A DNA stretch of 64,000 bases from a virus. Its lineage: Duplodnaviria; Caudoviricetes. Shown piece by piece: positions 38,785 through 49,047 of the stretch; position 1 is the stretch's first letter; the number at the start of each line of letters is the position of its first letter. The translations under genes and the position numbers were made by a program. The notes beneath the pieces are model-generated. The model did not search any database. It had not been told where the DNA came from and worked only from the letters and a program-made list of their open reading frames with translations. Where the stretch lies: the IMG/VR virus record IMGVR_UViG_3300029288_000060, positions 192,001-256,000 of that record; one strand, 5' to 3'.

Positions 38785-39768
38785 TTGAGAATAATTATTA
38801 ACATGATTGGAGTAGGGGCTGGAAATAATGGTGGCAGCCACACATTAATACAATCAGCAAATACTTTACAAAAATTAGGTATGGATGTAAAAATTATTGA
38901 TTATTCCTCTCCTAAATATACCTGGAATAAAATTGAGGTACCATACATAAAAGTAAAAAATGTAAATGATATTAATGGAGATATTATTATTGCTACAGGA
39001 TTTAATAGTATTTCTACAACAAATAAATCAAAGATTAAAAATAAAATACATTGGATTAGAGGCTGGGAAGTTTGGGCTTCACCTGAAGAAAAACTAGTCA
39101 AAACTATAAGAGAATCAAAATGTAAAAAAGTAGTAAATAGTATTTGTCTCCAAAGAAAATTATTACAATATAATATAAAATCTAAAATTATTAGACCTGG
39201 ACATGATTTTTCTGATTTTTTCCCTTTAAATATAAGAAATAATAATAAAATTATAATAGGCGGTTTATATAATGAAGGGAAAAAAAGAGAGAAAAAAAGA
39301 ACAGAATGGATTCCTAAGGTATATGATATATTAAAAAAACAACATTATAATGTTGAATTATATATGTTTGGATCAGATGGTCATCCAAAATTTTATACAG
39401 ATAAATATTTTAAAAATCCAGATATAAAAACTAAAAATGAGATATATAATAAAGTTGACATTTGGTTAGCTCCAAGTGAATTAGAAGGTTTACATATTAC
39501 TCCAGCTGAAGCTATGCTAACAAATTGTTGTGTTGTGGGAACAAATGCTGAAATGAGTGGCTCTGAGGATTATTTATTTCACACTAAAACCGGAATGGTT
39601 TCTCAAAATACTTTTTATTCTTTTATATGTAATATTGAAATTTTGATGAAAAATGAATTATTAAGGAAAAGTTTAGGCGAAGAAGGGAGAACTAAAATTT
39701 TAAGTCTTGGTGATAGAGAAGAGAATATGAAAAAATTTATTAATTTAATTGAAAAGATGATATCATGA
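38785..39768 (+). CDS. glycosyltransferase family 4
   Basis: PSELEGLHITPAEAM (EX7E). Confidence 0.88.
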   Translation: MRIIINMIGVGAGNNGGSHTLIQSANTLQKLGMDVKIIDYSSPKYTWNKIEVPYIKVKNVNDINGDIIIATGFNSISTTNKSKIKNKIHWIRGWEVWASPEEKLVKTIRESKCKKVVNSICLQRKLLQYNIKSKIIRPGHDFSDFFPLNIRNNNKIIIGGLYNEGKKREKKRTEWIPKVYDILKKQHYNVELYMFGSDGHPKFYTDKYFKNPDIKTKNEIYNKVDIWLAPSELEGLHITPAEAMLTNCCVVGTNAEMSGSEDYLFHTKTGMVSQNTFYSFICNIEILMKNELLRKSLGEEGRTKILSLGDREENMKKFINLIEKMIS

Positions 39769-40610
39769 TAAATGTTAAAAATCAAAATGTAAAAATTGCT
39801 AAAACAAATACGATTTTAAATAGACTAGATTATAGTATAAAAAATAAATTACCTTTCTCGATCGTCAGATTTGGAGACGGAACAATAAAAGCTATTCATG
39901 CTTATCTTACTAATGATCATGCTCAATTAAAAAGTATATCTATTCAAGAAGGTATTCCTATAGTCGCGTTTGAAAAAATTATCAATTTTTGGAAAACATC
40001 TGCTAATTATTGTGATTATATAGATTCACCTGCAGTTTATTTTAATAATAAATTTTGGAAAAGAACAAAAAGAAAAAAGAAACAAATGAGTGAAAAAACA
40101 ATTAAAAGATTATATATGTGGGGAGAATTATATTCAAAAATAGGGATTACAAATAAAAATTATTGTAACCCAGAAATAAATTTTTTATCATGTATTGCTG
40201 GAAGAAAATCTTTACTTGATTTATTAGAAGGTAAGAAAATATGTTGTATAACTTCAAGAATTGATGCAAAAGAGATACTATCAAAGTATTTTGACAATAT
40301 TGAAATTATTCAAATTAGTGGAAAGAATGAAAATCAGTTTATAAATTGTTTTAGTAAAGTTATAAATATAATAGATACATATGCAAAAGAATATGATATA
40401 TGGTTAATAGCTGCAGGAGAGTTAGGTAGAGTATATCCAGGCTTAATTAAATTTAACGGTGGAAGAGCGTTTGATGTTGGTTCATTAATAGATGTATGGT
40501 GTGGTGATGAACTACCAGATAGATTAAAACCATATTTAACCAAAACAATTCATCATCCATTGAAATTTGTTCTTACTGAAAGTGGAAAGGAGTTTGCTAA
40601 GTACATATGA
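39765..40610 (+). CDS. GT-D fold glycosyltransferase-like protein
   Basis: SIVRFGDG and AFDVGS motifs. Confidence 0.7.
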   Translation: MINVKNQNVKIAKTNTILNRLDYSIKNKLPFSIVRFGDGTIKAIHAYLTNDHAQLKSISIQEGIPIVAFEKIINFWKTSANYCDYIDSPAVYFNNKFWKRTKRKKKQMSEKTIKRLYMWGELYSKIGITNKNYCNPEINFLSCIAGRKSLLDLLEGKKICCITSRIDAKEILSKYFDNIEIIQISGKNENQFINCFSKVINIIDTYAKEYDIWLIAAGELGRVYPGLIKFNGGRAFDVGSLIDVWCGDELPDRLKPYLTKTIHHPLKFVLTESGKEFAKYI

Positions 40611-41410
40611 CCACTAAAAACGAACCTTTAGTTAGTGTAGTTATGTCGTGTTATAATTCTCAAAAATATATTGCTGAAGCAATTAGGACAGTTGTAAATC
40701 AAACATATTTAAATTGGGAATTAATAATAGTTGATGATTTTTCAACAGATGAATCATTAAAAATTATAAAACAAACTATTAGAAAATATAATATAAATAA
40801 TAAAATTAAAGTGGTAAAACATAATATTAATTGTGGGTGTGGTACAAGTTTGAGTGACGCAATTATAAATTCAAATGGGACATTAATTGCAATTTTAGAT
40901 TCTGATGATGCTTTGGAATCTAAAAAAGCTCTAAGAATAATGGTTGATGCTCATATAAAACACTCTGAAGCTTCTTTAGTTTATAGTGATTATTGGGAAT
41001 GTAATGAGAATTTAAGAAAATTAAAAGAATTCAAAACAAGACAAATTTTAGAGCATGAAACATATTTAGGAACTAAAATTAGAATTAGTCATTTTAAAGT
41101 TTTCAAGAAATCTTTTTATGATAAAACTCCTGGTGTTAATAGAAATTTAAGACAAACTGTAGATAAAGATTTAGTTTTAAAACTAGAAGAAGTTGGAAAG
41201 TTAATTCATGTGCCAGAAGAATTATATTTGTATAGACAAAGAAGAAATAATTTAACAAAATCAATTGGTAGAAAAGAGAAAGATTATAGAAATTTTGTTA
41301 AAATTATGAGATATAAAGTTTATAATGAAGCAAGACAAAGAAGAGGATTAAAATTAAAAAACGTTTTGGAGATTGAAGAATGGGAAAAAAACAATCGGAA
41401 ATTTGGTTAA
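40607..41410 (+). CDS. glycosyltransferase family 2
   Basis: VSVVMSCYN, IVDDFSTD, LDSDD. Confidence 0.92.
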   Translation: MTTKNEPLVSVVMSCYNSQKYIAEAIRTVVNQTYLNWELIIVDDFSTDESLKIIKQTIRKYNINNKIKVVKHNINCGCGTSLSDAIINSNGTLIAILDSDDALESKKALRIMVDAHIKHSEASLVYSDYWECNENLRKLKEFKTRQILEHETYLGTKIRISHFKVFKKSFYDKTPGVNRNLRQTVDKDLVLKLEEVGKLIHVPEELYLYRQRRNNLTKSIGRKEKDYRNFVKIMRYKVYNEARQRRGLKLKNVLEIEEWEKNNRKFG

Positions 41411-42039
41411 AAAAAGAAAAGTGTTTGAAACTTCAGGAAAGGTTTGGAGATTATAAGACGTATGAAGAAACTGGTGGTGGGCGCGGCGAAAATAAGAAAT
41501 CGATTATCAGAATATTAAAAAAGTTATCTAGTAATTTCGAAATAAAACCATCCGTGTTAGAAATTGGGTCAGGTCCAGGTCATTTTTTATGGGTAATGAA
41601 AGATGTTTCTAAATCTATTACTGGTGTTGATATTTCACCACAAATGGTAAAAATATCAAAAGAATTTTTTGATTCACAAAATGTACCTGTTGATTTAAAA
41701 GTTGGTAGTTGTTGGAAAATTCCAGTAGAGAATAATAGTTATGATTTAGTTTATCAAGTTGATGTTTGTATGCATATAGGAGGTTCACTTGAATCAATTT
41801 TAGAAATGATAAGAGTTTCTAAGAAATATGTTGTATTTACAGGACCTTCATTTGATGAAAAAGATTTTGGAAAAGATATAGATAAGCAAATAGGTAAATT
41901 ATCTTGGGCGATTAGTATTCCAATGTTAAATAAAGAATTAGATAAACTTATACAACAAGGGGATATTAAAAATTATTATTATGAAACAAGACCTCAAACA
42001 AAAAATTATAAACATAAAATATTGGTTGTTGAAAAATGA
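41380..42039 (+). CDS. class I SAM-dependent methyltransferase
   Basis: VLEIGSGPG, GVDIS. Confidence 0.9.
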   Translation: MGKKQSEIWLKKEKCLKLQERFGDYKTYEETGGGRGENKKSIIRILKKLSSNFEIKPSVLEIGSGPGHFLWVMKDVSKSITGVDISPQMVKISKEFFDSQNVPVDLKVGSCWKIPVENNSYDLVYQVDVCMHIGGSLESILEMIRVSKKYVVFTGPSFDEKDFGKDIDKQIGKLSWAISIPMLNKELDKLIQQGDIKNYYYETRPQTKNYKHKILVVEK

Positions 42040-42944
42040 TTACTGTTCTTGCTAAACATCCTGCATGGGGTGCCGCTGATAATTTTTATAGAGCATTTAA
42101 ATCATGTGGGTATGAAACAACATTATTGTGTTTAAGAAAAGATCCTTATGGCAGAACTACAAATGAAGTAACTTTATTAAATAGAAATAATTTAATTCCA
42201 ATATTATCTAAAACTAATTTTTTATTGATTTGTTCTCCAGTAATAATAACATCAATTTGTAAAAAAATTGATAAAAATTTTGAAAAAACATTAAGAGATA
42301 TAGATAAAAAAGTAATTTTTATTACTGGTACTGATTACATTAAAAATTACAAAAAATGGAATAAATCTCTAAATAAAATGGGGTTTAAAAGAAGGTTCTG
42401 TGAAGCTGAAATGATAAAATTTAATCCAAAAATAAATATGTTTTTACCTCACCCAATGGAATATTATATTCCAATTATTAAAAATGAAGTAATAACAATC
42501 AGTCATGCTCCTGGTATAGTTGAAAGGCCTGAAAAGAAAGGTACTAATATAATATTATCTGTAATCAATAAATTAAAAGAAAAATATTCTTTTCAATATG
42601 ACCACATAGTTGGTGTTCAATTAAAAGAGTGTTTAAACAGAAAATCTAAATCTCATATTTTTATAGACCAAGTTAATCCAAAAGTTGGTGGTATTGGAAA
42701 AAATGGTTATGAAGCATTATCATTAAATTGTATAACAATGGCATCAGTAAATAGTTTTAATGATATTCCAAAAAAGGAAAGACCGCCAGTAATTAATGTA
42801 AATAATGAGACTGAGTTGTTTGATAGTTTGAGTAAATTTTTATCCAATAAAAAAATAATAGAAGATCAAATAAACAAAATTGCTAGTTGGAAAGAAAATT
42901 TGAGTTTTAAAAATACTGTTAATAAAGTTTTGAGAGAGACATGA
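42036..42944 (+). CDS. probable GT-B glycosyltransferase
   Basis: HAP...KKGT...FIDQ...GKNGYEAL; paralogous to 46670-47608. Confidence 0.7.
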   Translation: MITVLAKHPAWGAADNFYRAFKSCGYETTLLCLRKDPYGRTTNEVTLLNRNNLIPILSKTNFLLICSPVIITSICKKIDKNFEKTLRDIDKKVIFITGTDYIKNYKKWNKSLNKMGFKRRFCEAEMIKFNPKINMFLPHPMEYYIPIIKNEVITISHAPGIVERPEKKGTNIILSVINKLKEKYSFQYDHIVGVQLKECLNRKSKSHIFIDQVNPKVGGIGKNGYEALSLNCITMASVNSFNDIPKKERPPVINVNNETELFDSLSKFLSNKKIIEDQINKIASWKENLSFKNTVNKVLRET

Positions 42945-43387
42945 TAATTAAACCTAAACCTTCAACTTTGAAGAATGATAAAAAATTACAATTTATAAAA
43001 ATTGGGGACCATCGTTTAATTTATCCAAAAACTCATAGGTGGTCAAGAGAACCTTTAGCTACAATAGATGTTTCAGGTTCTGATATTATAATTGAAAAGG
43101 ATGTTATTATTTCTAGTGGTGTATTTATACTAACACATTCCCATAATTTTAAGGAAGAAAAATGGAGAAAACTAACAATCCTTCAAAAAGACGGACCAAC
43201 AGTTTTAAGAAAAAGATGTTTTTTGGGAGTCAATTCAATAGTTCTTTATTCATGCAAGTATATTGGAATAAGTTCTGTTGTTGGCGCAGGTTCTGTAGTT
43301 TTAAAAGACGTACCTGATTATGAAATTTGGGTAGGAAATCCAGCACGAAAGATTGGAGAAGTAAATAAAAGTGAAAATATATCTTGA
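42941..43387 (+). CDS. hexapeptide-repeat O-acyltransferase
   Basis: VVGAGSVVLKDVP...GNPAR. Confidence 0.88.
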   Translation: MIIKPKPSTLKNDKKLQFIKIGDHRLIYPKTHRWSREPLATIDVSGSDIIIEKDVIISSGVFILTHSHNFKEEKWRKLTILQKDGPTVLRKRCFLGVNSIVLYSCKYIGISSVVGAGSVVLKDVPDYEIWVGNPARKIGEVNKSENIS

Positions 43388-44297
43388 TTCTAAAAAACAC
43401 ATTCAAGTTCAAAGATTAGAACCATTTTTTAATCAAAGAGATAGTTTTATCTTTAGAGATCCAAAAGATTGTGATGTTCAATTATCTTTGGTTTATTTGA
43501 GACATAAAACTAAACTTCCAATTGTATTAAGATTAGATGGTATTTATTATGATTTAGGAATTCATTATAAAAGTAAAAATCGTGAGATTTCAAAAGCATT
43601 AGTAAAGTCATCAGGAATAATATACCAAAGTAAATCTTGTATGCAGATGAGTGAAAAATTTCTTTCAAAAAGATTAACAGATAATTATGATATTGTTTAT
43701 AATGGAATAGATCCAAATTGGGCAGGATCTTTTGAAGAACATGAAGGAATTAATATAATCACTTCTGCTAAATGGAGAAGATTTAAAAGATTACCGGAAA
43801 TAATAGACTTATTTTTAACATTTAATAAAACAGTTCCAAAATCTAAGTTACATATATTTGGTAGATTACATGATAATAAGCCAGTTAGTCATCCAAATAT
43901 TATTTATTATGGAATGGTTGATTTTAATAGAATGTCAAAAATATATAGAATTGGTGATATGTTTATTCATTTAGCTAAAAATGATGCTTGTCCAAAAACT
44001 GTAACAGAAGCTATTGGGATTGGAATGCCAATTATAACTAGTCAAGCTTGTGGTGGAGCAACAGAAATGGCATTAATGGCGCATGGTTCTGTTGTATGTA
44101 AAGGAGATCCTATAACAATAGAACCAGATTATGTATATCAAAATAAATGGAATATAATATCTGACGAATTAAAAACCAGAATTTTAAGAGCAATGACTGA
44201 AATTAGTCATGATAAAAGAAGAGTTACATTACCAAAAGAATTACATATAGAAACTACTGCAGAAAAATACTTAAAAGTAATGGAGAAAAGTATATGA
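43371..44297 (+). CDS. glycosyltransferase family 4
   Basis: VYNGID, DACPKTVTEAIG. Confidence 0.82.
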   Translation: MKIYLDSKKHIQVQRLEPFFNQRDSFIFRDPKDCDVQLSLVYLRHKTKLPIVLRLDGIYYDLGIHYKSKNREISKALVKSSGIIYQSKSCMQMSEKFLSKRLTDNYDIVYNGIDPNWAGSFEEHEGINIITSAKWRRFKRLPEIIDLFLTFNKTVPKSKLHIFGRLHDNKPVSHPNIIYYGMVDFNRMSKIYRIGDMFIHLAKNDACPKTVTEAIGIGMPIITSQACGGATEMALMAHGSVVCKGDPITIEPDYVYQNKWNIISDELKTRILRAMTEISHDKRRVTLPKELHIETTAEKYLKVMEKSI

Positions 44298-45172
44298 AAT
44301 ATATTGAAAAAAATATTGGTAAATTTAAGATGAGAATTAAATCTAAGGAAGGTGGAATACACTCTGACCTTAGAAAAATGAAAGTAGGAGTTACAAAAGA
44401 AAGAGAACCAGAATTATTAAATACAATAAAAGAAGAAGTAAAATCTGGTTTTAATGTAATAGATTTGGGATCTAATATTGGTTATGTTACTTTATTATTA
44501 TCTGATCTTGTGGGTAGAAAAGGATCTGTTTTAGCTTTAGAACCAGAACCTGAAAATTTTGAAATATTAAAGTATAATTTAGAGTTAAACAAAATAAAAA
44601 ATACTACTCCTTTTAAATTAGCTATTGGAGATTACGATGGTAAAACAAATTTTTTTATTGGTAAGTCATCTAATTTATCTAGCATTATTCAATCAAAAAA
44701 TTCCTCAAGTAAAAAAGTTGAAGTTCCTTGTTTGACTTTAACCTCATTTTTAAAAGGAAAAAAATATCCAAACTTCGTTAAGATGGACGTTGAGGGGGCA
44801 GAAGTAGAAATATTTAAAGGAGCATATGAGTATTTCAAGTTAAATAACAATGGAGATTGTTTAATAGTTTTAGAAATGCACCCAATTTTTTATACTGATG
44901 CACATAGTATGGAAGTAGAATTTAAAAAGTTTTTAGATATTGGATTTAATACAAAATATGTCATTTCAGCTGGAGTTCCAATTCCGGAATTATTTAAGAA
45001 AAAAGAATACACTCCATATAAAATATTTAGAAACAGAGGAGTTTATACAAATGTTACAAATATGGATATGTTATATTTTTCTTGTCATCAGCATATTCAA
45101 AAGGTTCCTGGAAAAAAAGATTCAACAAAAATAGTTAGATATGTAGGTTTATTTCGGGAGGGTCCTAAATAA
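44294..45172 (+). CDS. FkbM family methyltransferase
   Basis: IDLGSNIG, ALEP, KMDVEGAE. Confidence 0.92.
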   Translation: MKYIEKNIGKFKMRIKSKEGGIHSDLRKMKVGVTKEREPELLNTIKEEVKSGFNVIDLGSNIGYVTLLLSDLVGRKGSVLALEPEPENFEILKYNLELNKIKNTTPFKLAIGDYDGKTNFFIGKSSNLSSIIQSKNSSSKKVEVPCLTLTSFLKGKKYPNFVKMDVEGAEVEIFKGAYEYFKLNNNGDCLIVLEMHPIFYTDAHSMEVEFKKFLDIGFNTKYVISAGVPIPELFKKKEYTPYKIFRNRGVYTNVTNMDMLYFSCHQHIQKVPGKKDSTKIVRYVGLFREGPK

Positions 45173-46108
45173 ATGAAAATTTTGATATTAGGACCAAATG
45201 GAATTAATAGGAAAAATTGGGGTCATCAATTATTTTTAAATACTTTTGCAAGACATCATAAATGTGTATATTGGGGGCCTGATCATATAAATTATGATTC
45301 TTCTTTGAGTATTCCACAGGTAATTGAAAAATATGGAAAACCAGATTTAATTCTAACATATCTGGCTAAGAGATGTTATCCATTTAAAGGATTGGATAAG
45401 TTAGGAACAATTAAAAGGGCTCATATCGAAATTGATTTTTTTAATAAAACTGGTAAATACAGGGGGCAATTTGGTAGACCTGAATATGGAAAATTTTATA
45501 ACGAATATAAACCTCAAATAATTTTTGCTCCTGTAACAACAGTATTAAATGGTTTAATAGAACATAATATATGCGATAAAAATTTTTTATTACCATTTTC
45601 AGTAGATTCAAGAATATATAAACCATTGAAGTTAAAAAAAGTAATAGATGTGATGGCAGTATTCTCATCTTCAGCAAAAGCATATCCAAACAGACAAAAG
45701 ATTCAAAGAATTGTTCAAAGAATGAGAGGAGTAAAAAGTGTAACAAGGAGAATATTACATTCAAACCATGTTAATATAATAAATCAATCTAAGATTATAA
45801 TAACGAGTAATAACTTATGGCAATCATTAAGTATGAGGTATACAGAAGTCTTAGCATGTCAAAGTTTTTTGTTAGCAGACAAACCAGAAGATTTTGAAAG
45901 ATTCGGTTTTGTTGATGGTAATCATTTAGTTATATATAATGATTTAAATGATATGGTTGACAAAATAAAATATTATTTATCACACAATCGTGAAAGAGAA
46001 AAAATTGCTAAGAGCGGCAGAAATTTTGTTTTAAAATATCATACTACAGATGTAAGAGTAAAACAATTTACAGATATAGTCCGAAAGGAATTATTCAATG
46101 CTAAATGA
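45173..46108 (+). CDS. glycosyltransferase (CgeB-like, GT-B)
   Basis: SMRYTEVLAC...EREKIAKSGRNFVLKYHT. Confidence 0.8.
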   Translation: MKILILGPNGINRKNWGHQLFLNTFARHHKCVYWGPDHINYDSSLSIPQVIEKYGKPDLILTYLAKRCYPFKGLDKLGTIKRAHIEIDFFNKTGKYRGQFGRPEYGKFYNEYKPQIIFAPVTTVLNGLIEHNICDKNFLLPFSVDSRIYKPLKLKKVIDVMAVFSSSAKAYPNRQKIQRIVQRMRGVKSVTRRILHSNHVNIINQSKIIITSNNLWQSLSMRYTEVLACQSFLLADKPEDFERFGFVDGNHLVIYNDLNDMVDKIKYYLSHNREREKIAKSGRNFVLKYHTTDVRVKQFTDIVRKELFNAK

Positions 46109-46667
46109 AAAATCTGAGAAGTTTTATAATTCTAATTTATTAGCGATGGAAAAAAGTGAATATAGATATCAAGAATTATATGAAACTGCGATTAAATTAA
46201 TTCCATTTAATAAAAATCCAAAAATTCTTGATATTGGGTGTGGAATAGGAAGTTTTGCAAACTATATACACAATATTAATTATACTAATTATGTAGGTAT
46301 TGATTTTGCGGATGATTTATTAAACCATGCTAGAAATAGATTTCCTGAATTAAAATTTAAAAAAGGAAATTTTTTAGACTCCAAAACATTAGATAAATTT
46401 AAAAAGTTTGATCTATTTGTTTCTTTTGAAGTACTTGAGCACATAAGAGAAGATTTAAAATTAGTTTCTGCTATTCCCAGTAAAAGAATTTTTATTTTTT
46501 CAGTTCCAAATATAACAGGTCATGGACATGTAAGATATTTTTTAAATATTCAGTCAGTTATTGATAGATATAAAGACTTATTAATTTTTGATGAAAATAG
46601 TTTTGATATAACGAAATTAGGAAAACCACATCACCATTTATTTTTATTTAAAACAGTGAGGAAATAA
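46098..46667 (+). CDS. class I SAM-dependent methyltransferase
   Basis: ILDIGCGIG, EVLEH, SVPN. Confidence 0.9.
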   Translation: MLNEKSEKFYNSNLLAMEKSEYRYQELYETAIKLIPFNKNPKILDIGCGIGSFANYIHNINYTNYVGIDFADDLLNHARNRFPELKFKKGNFLDSKTLDKFKKFDLFVSFEVLEHIREDLKLVSAIPSKRIFIFSVPNITGHGHVRYFLNIQSVIDRYKDLLIFDENSFDITKLGKPHHHLFLFKTVRK

Positions 46668-46669
46668 AA

Positions 46670-47608
46670 ATGGTTGTTACTTTTTTAAGTAGAGGAGACG
46701 CAGCGAATTTGTCATATAATCTAAGTGAAAGTTTGAAAGCAGTTGGGGTGGATTCAATAGCTTTAAAATTAAAACCCCACAAATATAAATATGATAAAGA
46801 AGCAATAGTTACCAATTATGATACAATTAATAGAAGAGTTGCCAAATCAGATATAATAGTTTTTGTCCATAGTCAATTTTTAAAACATTTAGATAAAAAG
46901 AATTTGCGAGGTAAAAAAAAGAAATATGTAGTGCATGGTGGAAGTACATATAGAATAGATTTTAAAAAAATAAACATTTTTTTTAATAAATTTGTTGATA
47001 AAACTTTAATTCAAACTGGTGATTTATTAAATCTTGGTGGTAGGAATGAAGTTTGGATTATGGCTCCGATAGATACAGATTATATACAACCAATCAATAA
47101 GGAAATTTCAGATAAGATTGTAATTTCACATTTTCCATCTGGAGAGTTAGTAAAGGGAAGTAATGTAATTAATAGTATTATGAATAAACTAATGTTGGAT
47201 AAAACTGTTTCTGGTAAATTTATTTATAATTTTTCTGGACAAAGAGTTCCTTGGAAAAAAAATTTAGAAAGAATGGCGGAATGTGATATTTACTTAGAAG
47301 CTTGTCAACCAACATTAAAAAAACGAAGATATGGGGAATTTGGAATTGCAGGTCTTGAAGCAGCAGCGCAAGGAAAAATTTTAATAACACATTTTAGAAG
47401 TTCTGATAGATATAAACAAGAGTTTGGAGAACATCCAATTCAAGTGGTTAATACTCCAGAAGAAATAGAACAAACTATTAGAAGATTACTTTTATTAAGT
47501 AAGGACGAATTAGTGGATTTACAAAATAAAACAAGAGATTGGGTTGTAAAATACCATAGTTTTAAGTCAATGGGTGAAAGACTAAAAAAAGTTTTTGATA
47601 TAAAATAG
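46670..47608 (+). CDS. probable GT-B glycosyltransferase
   Basis: HFPS...KGS...FGIAGLEAAAQG. Confidence 0.72.
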   Translation: MVVTFLSRGDAANLSYNLSESLKAVGVDSIALKLKPHKYKYDKEAIVTNYDTINRRVAKSDIIVFVHSQFLKHLDKKNLRGKKKKYVVHGGSTYRIDFKKINIFFNKFVDKTLIQTGDLLNLGGRNEVWIMAPIDTDYIQPINKEISDKIVISHFPSGELVKGSNVINSIMNKLMLDKTVSGKFIYNFSGQRVPWKKNLERMAECDIYLEACQPTLKKRRYGEFGIAGLEAAAQGKILITHFRSSDRYKQEFGEHPIQVVNTPEEIEQTIRRLLLLSKDELVDLQNKTRDWVVKYHSFKSMGERLKKVFDIK

Positions 47609-47615
47609 GAGGAAA

Positions 47616-48410
47616 ATGAAAGCTAGTATCTTAATGTCTACTTATAATAAAAATGAATGTTTATCAAATACATTATATTCTATATCTAAACAAAAAACTT
47701 CTTTTCCTTTTGAAGTATGTATTGCTGATGATGGTTCGAAAATAGATCCAGAACCAATTATTCGAAAGTTTTTGCCAGATGCTAAATATAAAAAATATGA
47801 ACATATTGGATTTGAATTTATTTTATCTAAAGGTTTAACAGACTTAGTTGACCCTACATCTGATATTGTAATTATTCAGTCATGTGATGTATTATATTCA
47901 CAACCTTTTATTGTTGAAGAAATATGTAAAAGTGTAAAACCAAATAGTATTTCTATGGCGGAAGTAAAATGCTTACCAATCAAACCTGATATGTTTGAGA
48001 ATTTTGATAATAATATTAATTATTATCTAAATAATTGGGAAATATTAAAAGGTAAGTATTATTCGGGTTCTAGAAGAGAACCAAATAATGAATTGATACC
48101 AAAACATATGAGAAATAAAAAAATAGATCGAAAAAAATATATAGATTATTATTTTTTCTTAGGTGCTATGTTTAAAAAAGATTTATATCGTTATGTACAT
48201 TATGATATTTGTGATTGTGATTGTGTAGTAAATTATAATTTAAAATTTCACAAGATAAAACCAATTTACATGGATAATTTAAAAGGGATTCACCAACTTC
48301 ATAAAAGAAATAAATATCCCGGATGTTCTTTATTAAATACATGTAAAGTTGTATGTAGGAGAAAGATGGCAGAAAGACCTGAAGGTAATAAAGGTATGGT
48401 CAGGCTTTAA
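47616..48410 (+). CDS. glycosyltransferase family 2
   Basis: SILMSTYNK, IADDGS. Confidence 0.8.
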   Translation: MKASILMSTYNKNECLSNTLYSISKQKTSFPFEVCIADDGSKIDPEPIIRKFLPDAKYKKYEHIGFEFILSKGLTDLVDPTSDIVIIQSCDVLYSQPFIVEEICKSVKPNSISMAEVKCLPIKPDMFENFDNNINYYLNNWEILKGKYYSGSRREPNNELIPKHMRNKKIDRKKYIDYYFFLGAMFKKDLYRYVHYDICDCDCVVNYNLKFHKIKPIYMDNLKGIHQLHKRNKYPGCSLLNTCKVVCRRKMAERPEGNKGMVRL

Positions 48411-48425
48411 TATTAAGGAGATAAA

Positions 48426-49040
48426 ATGGGGAAAATAAGATCAAAACAAAGAATAGATCCAGTATTATCAAAAGACGGTTCTGTAAAAATAACTGAAAAA
48501 CAAGGTGGTAGAGTTACAGTTGGTGAAGGAACATACATGAATAGTGGACTCTTATATGCTGGTGGAGATAATATAACAATCGGGAAATTTTGTAGAATTG
48601 GATATGAAGTGTTTATGTTGACCAATTATGGAAGTAATTTATTATTAGCGGATGATAAAAAAAGAAGATCTGGGGGTATTATTATTGGAGATAGTGTTCA
48701 TATAGGTTGGAAAGTTTTAATTAGAGGTGGTGTAACAATAGGTGACTGGGCGATAGTTGGAATGGGAGCAGTGGTATTAAAAAATGTAGAACCATTTCAT
48801 ATGGTTGGAGGAAATCCAGCAAGAGATTTAGGTTTAAGACCAGATACTGATAAAATTATCAGATTAATTAAAAAGAGATGCGGAAATATTGATGGTACTC
48901 CAGCTGAAGTAATTGCAAAAGTTAAAAAACAAGGTTATAGCATAGCGGAAAAAAGTTTTCATCCTGATAAGGGAGCTAGATTGTATATTGCTCCAAAGGG
49001 AAAGATTTTACAATATACAGAAGAATTTCTTGTTGAATAG
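48426..49040 (+). CDS. hexapeptide-repeat acyltransferase
   Basis: GVTIGDWAIVGMGAVV...GGNPAR. Confidence 0.85.
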   Translation: MGKIRSKQRIDPVLSKDGSVKITEKQGGRVTVGEGTYMNSGLLYAGGDNITIGKFCRIGYEVFMLTNYGSNLLLADDKKRRSGGIIIGDSVHIGWKVLIRGGVTIGDWAIVGMGAVVLKNVEPFHMVGGNPARDLGLRPDTDKIIRLIKKRCGNIDGTPAEVIAKVKKQGYSIAEKSFHPDKGARLYIAPKGKILQYTEEFLVE

Positions 49041-49047
49041 GTGAAAT